Under the pieces are notes generated by a model. That model did not search any database. It worked only from the letters and a program-made list of their open reading frames with translations, and was not told the DNA's origin. 64,000 nt of DNA from a bacterium (lineage in GTDB: Bacteria; RUG730). Both the position numbers and the translations under genes were made by a program. The stretch's first letter is position 1, and every line of letters begins with the position of its first letter. Positions 28,101 through 38,031 of the stretch are shown here, one piece after another. The stretch covers positions 717 to 64,716 of the forward strand of contig JAVBNQ010000002.1 in the NCBI GenBank assembly GCA_031551405.1. The letters run 5' to 3'.

Positions 28101-30761
28101 TTACTCAAAATAGGCTATAATCTCTACATTATCATCTTTTTTATCTTCTCCTGACTCTCTACTAATCCCTATTATCTCTACTCTATCTGCTAGAATTCCA
28201 GAGTTGATAAACAATTTTGATATATCTAAAGAGATTTTTTTTGCCAAATTCTTATCCTCTATTCCTAGTCTGCCTCTATCTACATAAGTTATAACCTTTA
28301 TTTTTGATACATTTTCTTTATTCAATATATCCTTTAAAGATAAAACAACTTTATCTATCGGCATACCCTCATTAATGTTATAAATAGCTTTCAAATTATA
28401 ACTAAACGACATTAAATTAACACTTTCACTAATCTTAACCGGCGTGTTTCTCAATTGTTTAATTTGCTCTCGAGTGGTTATCCCTTTGTATTTATAAATA
28501 TCAAAATAACAAAGATTTCCTGCTCCTTTATTGTCATATATATCATTAGCCACTATTTTTATATAATATTTACCATTAACAATGAGATCCCCTTCGCTTT
28601 TGGAAGGCACCCACTCAAAAAAACTCGGAAGAGTCCCAATTCCTTCCTTCTTGAAAATCACACGATCAGCTTTCTCATTAACAATTGTAATCACCCAATC
28701 ATTTATATCTGACTCTTCTTTTACATCGATTTTAAATGTAATAACATCATTAAGAGTATCTTCATTTAACGTAAGCAAGCTGGTGTCTTGCAAACTTACG
28801 AAAATCTCCGGAGAATTTACATCCGTCTTATTTTCTAATTCATCTCGCTTTTTACTAGCCGGATCTTTCTTTAAGAGATATATTCTTTCAAAATTATATA
28901 TCCATTTTATCATAATTTCTTCAAAGCTTGGCATGTCTATTTCAGCATTCTTATATTTATCTTGATGAGCAGTGAGATATGAAAGAGCAAAAATTCCAAA
29001 TTCTCTAAAATCTTTAGAAACCTCTACTTTATACATGTCGTCATAAGTGATACCAAATCGCCGATGCCATTCTTCCCAACCCCAACTATCTTTTGCATAT
29101 TTCAAATTTAAATTATAATCCTTAAATCCAATATTTAAATTAGTGTCTACAAAATTAGTAATTGGAACTAACGTTTTATCCATATACGGATAACTTCCAG
29201 TTGCCAAACTATTTCCTGATTGTATAAAAAAATTAAAGTATAATTTTTCTACGTATCTACCTTTCACATAAAACGTTAAAACGCCTAACGGATCTTTAGG
29301 CTCCCAAAGACCACTCGATCCTAACGATTCCCAAATAACGTTGCCGTTTTCATCATAATAGAATTGGCTATCTGTAGATCCTTTATATTGATCAATACGA
29401 TAATTCAATAAACAAGCGAAACCAGAATTATCATCTTTATTCAAATTCCATTCTTCAATATTTCCTAGTTCATAATTATAAATAACGTTAGGATTGTATA
29501 CAGAATAAAAATACGCTAACGAAAAATCGATTGAAGTTTTTTCACGATTGGTTTCATCTACCCAAAACGAAGCATTTTCTCCTCTTGGAGAAATGTATGG
29601 TTTAAGCGTATTATTTTGTGAGCCTTCATAAATCAAAGGATTCGCTTCCCGGATTGGTTGACGATATAAAAAGCTGACATCAGCCAAAAAGTTATAGAAC
29701 AAATTTTTATCTAAAGTAAACTTTATTTCATTTTTATTACCAGCAAGCAAATTCAAATATTTATATTGTAATGTAACATTATCAATGATATCCTCGTTCT
29801 TATAGTCAAATGTAATCGCATATCCCATTGCATCTGAATCATCTGTTTGCCTTGATTTCTTTATATACTTACTACTAAAATCTCCAGAGCCCGGGGCTGC
29901 TTCTTCTACATACATATAATCTACATCTTTCCTAAATGGCTGGTACATAGCGCCGATCGAAACATCAACTGGCAACAGATATTCTATAATACTCGAAATG
30001 GCGTATGATTCTTTATATGAAAACCCATCGCTAGCTTCCCACGGTAGCTTTTCATGCCTATACAATAAGTATGTATTAAAATAAGAAATATTATAATTAT
30101 ATTTCAAATAAAGAGAATCTTTTGACCCCCAAATAGGCTCACCATAAACTGCATTAATATTGCCTAACTCTCCTAAATCATAAGAAATCTCTAGTCCCTC
30201 TGGAACAGGCCTACCTGATATGTTTAAATATCTATTCGTATCAAACTGTTCTTTATAAAACTCAAATAAATCTCCGGAGTATTTCCAATTATAATGAGGT
30301 ATCCCTCTAAAAAATCTAATATTATAAAAATAGTTTTTTAGATCAACTTCTAATTTATTTAAAGCTACATATTTTTTCTCATCTCTAAGCCTATTAATAT
30401 CATTAATACCATACCAAAGACTATTATAATCACTTCCATAAAAATCCAACTCAAACATTGCTTTTAAATTATTGCCATAACTAAGATAACTTTCTAAACT
30501 GAACTTACTCTCTATATAATCTTTCCAAGCTTCTGCCTTATTCGTTTGATTGTTTATATACTTGTAGCCACTTGATTTTTCCCATCCATCAAGAGTTCGA
30601 TTAGACAGATACGATAGTTCAAGTTTTGGATTAATATACAAAGAATACAACTCGTAATATTTTTTTTTATTGTAGAGATTTTCTCCCAATACAATAGAAA
30701 TTACAAAAAAACAATAACAAAAAGGCAATAATACTCTAGTTATCTTTTTTTTCATTCCCAT
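28101..30761 (-). CDS. Large probable outer-membrane beta-barrel protein with C-terminal Ig/FlgD-like and degenerate OmpA-like domains
   Basis: Signal peptide; ~600 aa Tyr/aromatic-rich alternating strands; DWVITI...FEW....NGKYYIKIVA.D..DNKG; final alpha/beta domain. Confidence 0.55.
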   Translation of the reverse strand: MGMKKKITRVLLPFCYCFFVISIVLGENLYNKKKYYELYSLYINPKLELSYLSNRTLDGWEKSSGYKYINNQTNKAEAWKDYIESKFSLESYLSYGNNLKAMFELDFYGSDYNSLWYGINDINRLRDEKKYVALNKLEVDLKNYFYNIRFFRGIPHYNWKYSGDLFEFYKEQFDTNRYLNISGRPVPEGLEISYDLGELGNINAVYGEPIWGSKDSLYLKYNYNISYFNTYLLYRHEKLPWEASDGFSYKESYAISSIIEYLLPVDVSIGAMYQPFRKDVDYMYVEEAAPGSGDFSSKYIKKSRQTDDSDAMGYAITFDYKNEDIIDNVTLQYKYLNLLAGNKNEIKFTLDKNLFYNFLADVSFLYRQPIREANPLIYEGSQNNTLKPYISPRGENASFWVDETNREKTSIDFSLAYFYSVYNPNVIYNYELGNIEEWNLNKDDNSGFACLLNYRIDQYKGSTDSQFYYDENGNVIWESLGSSGLWEPKDPLGVLTFYVKGRYVEKLYFNFFIQSGNSLATGSYPYMDKTLVPITNFVDTNLNIGFKDYNLNLKYAKDSWGWEEWHRRFGITYDDMYKVEVSKDFREFGIFALSYLTAHQDKYKNAEIDMPSFEEIMIKWIYNFERIYLLKKDPASKKRDELENKTDVNSPEIFVSLQDTSLLTLNEDTLNDVITFKIDVKEESDINDWVITIVNEKADRVIFKKEGIGTLPSFFEWVPSKSEGDLIVNGKYYIKIVANDIYDNKGAGNLCYFDIYKYKGITTREQIKQLRNTPVKISESVNLMSFSYNLKAIYNINEGMPIDKVVLSLKDILNKENVSKIKVITYVDRGRLGIEDKNLAKKISLDISKLFINSGILADRVEIIGISRESGEDKKDDNVEIIAYFE

Positions 30762-30793
30762 ATTTTTCCTTAGTATTTTTATATATTTTTTTT

Positions 30794-30822
30794 ATATTAT
30801 AAAAACACTTTTAATTTTACAA
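30794..30822 (-). promoter_or_regulatory. Possible internal sigma70 promoter for the barrel gene
   Basis: Minus strand TTGTAA-17-TAATAT; AT-rich context weakens the call. Confidence 0.35.
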
Positions 30823-30830
30823 GTTTTTTT

Positions 30831-32744
30831 TTATTTTTTATTCCAAAGCTCATCTTTATAAACATAATATGCCTTTCTCAGGTCTCTTAAAAACGGACTT
30901 TTCGTACCGTCTCCCTGCCCAACAATTCCAAACCATTCCTCATGTGCCCAACCATCACTAAAAGGCATTGAAGATTGTGGAATTATCTCGTGTTCAAAAT
31001 TATTACCTCCTGCTTTCCACCACTCGTCTAGCCACTCAAACAATATCCCACCAACAGAATTTCCCACTCCTTCTCCTCCTGCAAAATTAAACTCTATATC
31101 TTTCCAATTACCTTTATGATAATCTGCCTGGTCTTCTTCATTCAACCCTTTTCCTTCATAATATGCGTCGCATCCATACTCTGTAATTAAAACTGGTACG
31201 TCTAGTTTTCGATTTACATCTTTCCATATTGTTCCAAAACCATATTTGCCCATATACAGGTTTATCCCAAAAATATCCATATTGGTCTTATGTTTTACGT
31301 AATAAGGAATCATATCTTGAGTCATATTTGCAACTATTACCGGATGATTTGGATCTAACGAATGAATCATATCTACAACCTCGTTAACAAACAAAACATA
31401 ATCATCCGGACATTTTCTAGCATTTGTATTCGTATAGTTTACGCCTTCAGAAACTGACGGCATGTCATTCTCATTACCCAATATCCACATCATAATATAA
31501 GGCTCATCTTTATGATCAAGCACCATTTTTCGTACACATTCCTTCATCATATCTTTTTGCGCTCTGCTCTTATAATCTGTAAAATTTCCACCAGAGCCAA
31601 TACCATATGCACCTAAAAAATCTCCCATGATTACAGAAATTCCATATTTATTGTACATATCTCTCAATATTTTTTTATCAAACTCGTCAGAAACATACTC
31701 AGACGCAGACTTGGAATGGTACATTCTTATTGCATTAGCGCCCATTTCCTTAAGCAATGTAAAATCACCCACAGCTTTTTCATTTGGATCTTGAATATTG
31801 TTTTTATTCAGATCAACCCACGACTCATACGCTGCGTCGATTATTCGATTTTTATTTGTATCTGTGAACATCCATTTATTTTGATCTTGGCCGGCAAGAC
31901 CAATTAATGTTGGAGAATAAGTGACGCCATGCACAACCGTTGGTTTATTATTTACTAGAAGCTGCCAATGTTTATTACTATACTGAACAAGACGAACTTT
32001 TCCTTTCCCTTTTTCTTTTATTATATCTAATTTCGAAAGATTCAAAGGCGATTTTGTCTCTATCTTAATAAATTTTCCTGGGTTGACTCTGATTATGTCA
32101 TTATCGAAATTAACGTCATTTCCATTTTCAACCTCTATATAAGCTCCTTCCAATTTATAACCAATTTCAGGATGTTCGCGTGTCACCAAATTTATTCTAT
32201 CAAGAGCAGCCGGACCAACATACCAGACGAAAGATCCATCAGATGTCCAGCAAAATGTCTTTGGGAAATGTAGAACAACCGCATAATATGCCTTGATGGC
32301 TAGTTGGTATTCGCCAATACTTCTGAGCAAATCTCCCAACATAAACTGCCTAATTCCATCACCCTGTTCAGCAAAATTGCCTTCAACCGTTTTTATAGAT
32401 ACCCAAGCGAGCAAATCTGCCAGACTGTCACCGCTATTCACATGCGACCAAATATCATTTTTTCTAATCTTGCCCTCTGTGTACATTTTTTTATATTTTT
32501 CTTGTAATTCTTTTGGAACTGTCAAATTTGGATAGACATAGTCTCCAGCCTCTTTTTTATAATTTTCAAGATTTGTAATTTTGTAATTAAATTTCACTCC
32601 TCCAATATCTGAAAACTTCCCGTTCTTCTCATAATTGACAGGAAAAACTCCCTCATTTTTTACTTCAACATTATTATCTGTGCTTGCAAAAAGAATTGTA
32701 AAACTAAAAAAGAAAAACAATATAAAATTTAAAAGATATCGCAT
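30831..32744 (-). CDS. Exported clan GH-A glycoside hydrolase (GH2-TIM/GH158/GH72-like) with TPR-like N-region
   Basis: GVTYSP, MGANAIRMY, WILGNE (acid/base), HPV, ITEYG (nucleophile), FEWLDEWWK, EEWFGI. Confidence 0.8.
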   Translation of the reverse strand: MRYLLNFILFFFFSFTILFASTDNNVEVKNEGVFPVNYEKNGKFSDIGGVKFNYKITNLENYKKEAGDYVYPNLTVPKELQEKYKKMYTEGKIRKNDIWSHVNSGDSLADLLAWVSIKTVEGNFAEQGDGIRQFMLGDLLRSIGEYQLAIKAYYAVVLHFPKTFCWTSDGSFVWYVGPAALDRINLVTREHPEIGYKLEGAYIEVENGNDVNFDNDIIRVNPGKFIKIETKSPLNLSKLDIIKEKGKGKVRLVQYSNKHWQLLVNNKPTVVHGVTYSPTLIGLAGQDQNKWMFTDTNKNRIIDAAYESWVDLNKNNIQDPNEKAVGDFTLLKEMGANAIRMYHSKSASEYVSDEFDKKILRDMYNKYGISVIMGDFLGAYGIGSGGNFTDYKSRAQKDMMKECVRKMVLDHKDEPYIMMWILGNENDMPSVSEGVNYTNTNARKCPDDYVLFVNEVVDMIHSLDPNHPVIVANMTQDMIPYYVKHKTNMDIFGINLYMGKYGFGTIWKDVNRKLDVPVLITEYGCDAYYEGKGLNEEDQADYHKGNWKDIEFNFAGGEGVGNSVGGILFEWLDEWWKAGGNNFEHEIIPQSSMPFSDGWAHEEWFGIVGQGDGTKSPFLRDLRKAYYVYKDELWNKK

Positions 32745-32774
32745 ACTAAACTCCTCTTAAAAATATTTGAAAGC

Positions 32775-34583
32775 CTAATCATTATTCCACACCTTTGCGT
32801 AATAAGAGTAAACTTTTTTCTCAACACGAGAATTTGTTATTTTAACATCTTCTGATTGAGCGCAAATGCCCATAAACTCTTTATATATCCAACCATCCAA
32901 AAATGGTCCGTTATACGCGCCAACTCTATCCTGGACATATGGGCGCCCTTCTCCCCACCATTCATCATTCCACTCATAAGCAATTCCACCCAAAGCAAGA
33001 CCTACTCCTTTCGGGAATTCGTTATTTTTTATATCTTCCCAACAATTTTGATGATAAATCATCTGCAAATATTCAGCTTGCTCTCGAGATTTCGCGCTAT
33101 GAAAAGATGGACATCCATATTCTGTAATTATCACCGGCTTTTGCCAATACTTTTTGAGATCATTCCAAAATGAAAACCCAAACCCATACGTTCCTTTATA
33201 TGATTCAATACCTAAAATATCCACATTTTTGCAAAATTCAGCGACTAAATCCAAATTTCTTAAATCCTGATTTGAAAGAATTATTGGATGATTCGGATCT
33301 AATTTTTTTAGATTGGCTGATAAATCGTCTATAAAACTGTAAAAATTTTTAATCTGCTTACCACTTAGTGCTGCGACTGAATCCGACTTAATGTTAAAAG
33401 CAAAAAAAAAATTTTCATTTTTATACGTATCAACGAGCTTATTAAACTTATAAAAAGATTCTTTGCTAAGCAAAACTTTATTATTAAAATCGATTTTTTC
33501 GAAAAAAACATCCAAATCCAGATCTATCAAAACTCTTATTCCAAACTTATTAAATAAAAAATTCAATGTTTTTATATCTTGAAAATAAATCGGAAGTCTA
33601 ATCAAATTTACACCCATTTTTTTCATAATAGGGGAATCAAAGCCGACAGATTTTCTAAAAATTTCATCAGGATTATCTTGAAAATCTTGCTTATTTCTCA
33701 ACAAATCTTGCTTATCATGCCCTTTTAAGATCGGGGAATAAAAAACCCCCTTTACCTCAAACGGCTTTCCATCTATCGTCATTTGCCAGTTTGCATTTGT
33801 AAATTTTTTCAAGCAAATATTTCCAAATTTATATGTCTCTACAAGAGTCTCATGCAAAATTTCGGTAGCATTTTTTTCATCAATAAAAACAAATTTCCCG
33901 GGGTTTACAAAAAATATTTTATTATCTTTTTCGTTATCGAATTTATTTTTTATATCCAATGAGGCGTCAACTAATTTCCATTTCAGTTCTTTATGTCTAT
34001 CGAGCAAAAAATATATTCTATCGAGCGCAGTTTCCGCAACATACCATAATCTCCCAAAATACGCCTTATCAATCGTAGTTGGGAAAAAAACTAAAACCGA
34101 ATAATAGGCTTTTAGGGCTTGCTTTAGATACCCTGCTCTAAAAAATATTTCAGCTATAAAAAATTGTTTCAATCCGGGCTTTTCGAAATCTGAAATCACC
34201 CATTCATAATAGGCTAATTTTAGATCTGTGTTTAGAAAAGTCCATCTATGTCCAGACAACAAATCTTCTCGTCTTGCTTTGACAAAATTAGGATTCGAAT
34301 AGATCGACCAGACGTTAGGATAAATGCCTTCGCCTTGCAACTCACCCAAACCCCTTCGATCTAAAAGTACGTATTTATAGTTTTCTTTCCCCAAATTTTC
34401 AAAATAACCATACTTTCCATAATCAATTATATCATCAGAACCCAAATCTTTCACAAACGCGTTTACAAGATTAAGACCAAGCGAACACAAAAAAATACAA
34501 AAACAGAAAATACTTTTTAAATTTAATCTAAAATTCTTTCGTCTTAAACTTTTTTTGATAAAATGCAACGTTCTACTCATCAA
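32775..34583 (-). CDS. Paralogous clan GH-A protein with altered acid/base motif
   Basis: Same N-domain/TPR; GVFYSP, MGVNLIR, FNIKSD in place of WILGNE, ITEYG, YEWNDEWW. Confidence 0.75.
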   Translation of the reverse strand: MMSRTLHFIKKSLRRKNFRLNLKSIFCFCIFLCSLGLNLVNAFVKDLGSDDIIDYGKYGYFENLGKENYKYVLLDRRGLGELQGEGIYPNVWSIYSNPNFVKARREDLLSGHRWTFLNTDLKLAYYEWVISDFEKPGLKQFFIAEIFFRAGYLKQALKAYYSVLVFFPTTIDKAYFGRLWYVAETALDRIYFLLDRHKELKWKLVDASLDIKNKFDNEKDNKIFFVNPGKFVFIDEKNATEILHETLVETYKFGNICLKKFTNANWQMTIDGKPFEVKGVFYSPILKGHDKQDLLRNKQDFQDNPDEIFRKSVGFDSPIMKKMGVNLIRLPIYFQDIKTLNFLFNKFGIRVLIDLDLDVFFEKIDFNNKVLLSKESFYKFNKLVDTYKNENFFFAFNIKSDSVAALSGKQIKNFYSFIDDLSANLKKLDPNHPIILSNQDLRNLDLVAEFCKNVDILGIESYKGTYGFGFSFWNDLKKYWQKPVIITEYGCPSFHSAKSREQAEYLQMIYHQNCWEDIKNNEFPKGVGLALGGIAYEWNDEWWGEGRPYVQDRVGAYNGPFLDGWIYKEFMGICAQSEDVKITNSRVEKKVYSYYAKVWNND

Positions 34584-34584
34584 A

Positions 34585-35427
34585 TTACTCTTTTACAGCG
34601 CCTGCCATTATTCCTTTTATTATATATTTTTGCATTAAAAGGTAAATAATAACGATCGGAACAATTGTGATTGTAATGCCAGCCATAAGTAGTGGATATT
34701 CCGTAAGATGGCTGCCTTGGAAAACCATAAGGCCTCTCTGCAAAGGCATAAGCGTTTTTGATGATAAAATTAACATTGCAAGTAGATATTCGTTCCAAAC
34801 TCCAAGAGCAGTAAAAATAACAAGTACGGCAATCGCCTGTTTAGCGAGCGGCAAGGCTACATGATAATAAATACCGAATTTATTGCAACCATCTATCTTT
34901 GCCGCATCTTCTAATTCTTTCGGCATTTTATCAAAAAAAGTTTTCAACAAAAAAATACCCATAGCGAGCCCGCCATTAATCTGCGGCAAAATATATCCAA
35001 TTCTCGTATTGACAAGATGCAGTTTAGTGAGCAGAACATAAAGAGAAATAAAAGAACCTGGTATCGGAATCATCATACTCGCCATAAATAACAAGAAAAA
35101 AAATCTTTTTAAAGGAAATTCCAACCTAGAAAAAGCATAAGAAGCAAGTGAAGAAATAAAAATCACGCTGCCAACTACAACGATAGTGTAAAAAAGGCTA
35201 TTAAAAAAATATTGACCAAAGCTCGCTTTAGTCCAAGCAATAATAAAATTACTCCAATTAGGATGAGATGGAAATAAACTCATGTCAGAAAAAATCGTTT
35301 GCTGTGTTTTTAAAGATGACGCAAACATCCATAAAAGAGGAAAAAGGCAAGTTATTGAAACCGAAATCAATACAATTTGCGCAAAAAAATTGACGGAAAT
35401 TTTTTTAAGTTTATATTTTAAAATCAT
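34585..35427 (-). CDS. Carbohydrate ABC transporter permease (MalG-like)
   Basis: ELEDAAKIDGC EAA motif, FFNS, WNEY, QKYII.G. Confidence 0.93.
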   Translation of the reverse strand: MILKYKLKKISVNFFAQIVLISVSITCLFPLLWMFASSLKTQQTIFSDMSLFPSHPNWSNFIIAWTKASFGQYFFNSLFYTIVVVGSVIFISSLASYAFSRLEFPLKRFFFLLFMASMMIPIPGSFISLYVLLTKLHLVNTRIGYILPQINGGLAMGIFLLKTFFDKMPKELEDAAKIDGCNKFGIYYHVALPLAKQAIAVLVIFTALGVWNEYLLAMLILSSKTLMPLQRGLMVFQGSHLTEYPLLMAGITITIVPIVIIYLLMQKYIIKGIMAGAVKE

Positions 35428-35431
35428 TAAG

Positions 35432-36319
35432 TTAGCCCTCTATTTTCTTTGAAACCCTCAGTTGGAAAATAGATAAAACAAGCAAAATTGCACCAAAAAT
35501 CAAACTCATCGCACAGGCATAACCAAATCGCGATGTTCCTGTCATTGCAACCAGTATTCTTGTAATTGGAACCTCTGTGTGATAACCGGGACCACCTTGA
35601 GTTGTAGAGATGATTAAATCGTAAATTTGCATTGTTCCGAGAATAGTTAGGATTGAAACCAAAAAAAAGACCGGTATCATAAGTGGAATTGTTATTTTTT
35701 GAAAGACTTGCCAAGTGTTTGCGCCATCTATCTTTGCAGCTTCGTAATAATCTCGAGATATACCCTGTAGACCCGCGAGCAAAATTACAAAACCCCATCC
35801 AAAACCTTTCCACATATGAATGACTGCGATAGAACTTAAGGCTGTTTTAGGATCTGCAAGCCAAGCTCTGCTGTATTCTCCCAAATTCAAAAAAGTAAGC
35901 CCGTGATTTAAAAGCCCATAACTTCCGTTATAAATCCAATTCCAAATAAGTCCAACTACAATTCCAGACAAAACAGGTGGCAAATAAAAAATTACTCTGT
36001 AAGCTTTTGCTCCTCGAATATCTCTGTCACAACAAAGAGCTAAAAACAAAGCCAAACAATTTTGAAACGTCAAAGCTAAAAAAGTAATATACCCGGCATT
36101 TAGAATCGATTGCCACCAAATTTTATTGTGGAACAAAATATCAAAAAAGTTAGAAAAACCCACAAATGTCATGTGTGGCATTATCCCATCCCATTCATAA
36201 ACACTAAGCTGAAAAACTTTTAGGATAGGATAAACGCTAAAAACCGAAAATAAAATTATTGCAGGCACCACAAAAAGATAACTTGTAAAAATATCTCGAA
36301 TTTTTTTGTATGATCTCAA
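35432..36319 (-). CDS. Carbohydrate ABC transporter permease (MalF-like)
   Basis: FVGFSNF, LAGLQGI..DYYEAAKIDGA, FGYACA; TTG start inferred. Confidence 0.92.
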   Translation of the reverse strand: MRSYKKIRDIFTSYLFVVPAIILFSVFSVYPILKVFQLSVYEWDGIMPHMTFVGFSNFFDILFHNKIWWQSILNAGYITFLALTFQNCLALFLALCCDRDIRGAKAYRVIFYLPPVLSGIVVGLIWNWIYNGSYGLLNHGLTFLNLGEYSRAWLADPKTALSSIAVIHMWKGFGWGFVILLAGLQGISRDYYEAAKIDGANTWQVFQKITIPLMIPVFFLVSILTILGTMQIYDLIISTTQGGPGYHTEVPITRILVAMTGTSRFGYACAMSLIFGAILLVLSIFQLRVSKKIEG

Positions 36320-36338
36320 TGTTATTTCCCTAATTTTA

Positions 36339-37646
36339 TTAAGCGACTTTTGCCATTTCTTTGTCTTTTGCAGCCTGTGTTTCCATAGCGACTTGCTCCG
36401 GAGTCTTTTCCCCAATAATTATTGACTGAATACCTTTATCGAAAACCTCAATAACGCTTGGAAATTCTGCAACTGTAAAATTATTTGGATGAATAGTTTT
36501 GTCCATATCATTTGCAAATTCCTCCAAAACAGGAGAAATATTTTCTAAACTTTCCTTATTAACAGGCAAATTTCTAGTGGTTTCTGCTAAAAATATTTGT
36601 TGCTCTTTATCAGTGATCCATTTTAGAAACTTTATAGCTTGATCTTTGTGAGACGATTTTGCATTAACGACAAAAGATGATCCAGCCCCTCCCCAAATCG
36701 TCATAGGATTCCGCGGGTTATATGCCGGCAAAAACATAACGCCATAATCTAAATCTGGATTCATTCCATGATAAACGTTCACGCACCAAGAACCGTTGAA
36801 AGCCATAGCAGCTCGTTCATTAGTAAACATTTGCTCGGCTGTTTTATTTACCATAGATACAACTCCAGTAGCTAATAAATTATTGTCTCTCATTTCAACA
36901 AAAAGACTAAGAACCTTTATCCAATCTGCGTCTGTATATTTTACTTTACCGGATAATGTATCGAGATATTTTGTTTCTCCCATGATATTATATGCATAAT
37001 TAGATGCCAAACAATCGAGTAGCCAAGTCTCACTAAACCCACTCACAATTCCCTGTAAATTTTTTGCTTTAAGTTTTCTACCTGCTTCCAAAAATTCTGC
37101 CCAAGTTTTTGGGGGATTCTGTGGATCAAGTCCGGCTTCTCTGAACATTTTTTTATTGTATAAAAGTTGAATATTTGTTACATCAATAGGCACGCCATAG
37201 ATACCGGGTTCAATATTTGCTTGATTTCCCGCCTTAAATTCATTAACCGACAAAGCTTTTTCAAAAAATCTATTTTTCCACAAATTGTCTTCAGCTTCCA
37301 TGAAAGAAGTTAAATTGATAACGTGCCCTGCCTTTATAAAGCTAGCAAAATCTCTCTTTTCGCTCAGTATACCGAAAATATCCGGTAATGTGTTTGTTTG
37401 AGCAGCCGCTTTAACTTTAGATGAGTATGCTTCAGACGGAGCATAAAGTTCAAAAACCACCTCCGTTCCAAAAGCTTCTTTGTATTTATTTGCCAACTCA
37501 ATAAGCGCATCATCTCTGTCTGTCATCCAATGCCAAACAACTATTCTATTGGATTTTCTATCTTTTTTCGAACAACCGTTAATTCCAAAGCTCATCAAAA
37601 GCAAGGTAAAGATCAGTAAAAATTTTATTTTGTTTGCAAAATTCAT
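36339..37646 (-). CDS. Sugar ABC transporter substrate-binding lipoprotein
   Basis: Lipobox INGC, PDI, YGVP, LLYNKKMF..AG, PKTWAEF, AAMAFNGSW. Confidence 0.92.
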   Translation of the reverse strand: MNFANKIKFLLIFTLLLMSFGINGCSKKDRKSNRIVVWHWMTDRDDALIELANKYKEAFGTEVVFELYAPSEAYSSKVKAAAQTNTLPDIFGILSEKRDFASFIKAGHVINLTSFMEAEDNLWKNRFFEKALSVNEFKAGNQANIEPGIYGVPIDVTNIQLLYNKKMFREAGLDPQNPPKTWAEFLEAGRKLKAKNLQGIVSGFSETWLLDCLASNYAYNIMGETKYLDTLSGKVKYTDADWIKVLSLFVEMRDNNLLATGVVSMVNKTAEQMFTNERAAMAFNGSWCVNVYHGMNPDLDYGVMFLPAYNPRNPMTIWGGAGSSFVVNAKSSHKDQAIKFLKWITDKEQQIFLAETTRNLPVNKESLENISPVLEEFANDMDKTIHPNNFTVAEFPSVIEVFDKGIQSIIIGEKTPEQVAMETQAAKDKEMAKVA

Positions 37647-37717
37647 TATTTCTCCTAGTCTTTAAAATTTTTTATATAATAACTCGTAAAATTAATATAT
37701 TTGTCTATAATTTGCCG

Positions 37718-37746
37718 AGTTTACAAAAATATTTTTTTTTTGTCAA
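37718..37746 (-). promoter_or_regulatory. Sigma70 promoter heading the glycan locus
   Basis: Minus strand TTGACA (37746-37741), 17 bp spacer, TAAACT (37723-37718). Confidence 0.65.
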
Positions 37747-37935
37747 ATAATAATCTTTAATAATATTCATCGGTAGTTCTACAAGTTTTGGCAGCATAAA
37801 ATACTTTCAAAACAGCATGACGAAGAAATCTTGATTAATTTTCTCGTTCTAGAGACGCTTTAGAAAAAACTAGCCTTTAGAAATTCTAGCCCTCGCCAAT
37901 TTTCCTTCTTAACTACGACATTTTATTCAAAAAAC

Positions 37936-37964
37936 TTGACAAAAAAAATTTCTTTTTATAATCT
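37936..37964 (+). promoter_or_regulatory. Sigma70 promoter of the rpsP operon
   Basis: TTGACA 37936-37941, then TATAAT (15 bp spacer) or TAATCT (17 bp spacer). Confidence 0.65.
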
Positions 37965-38031
37965 TGTACGTTCCAAAATTCATAGCTTTTTCTTAACTTA
38001 AAATATCTCATTATAATTCCAGGAGGAAATT

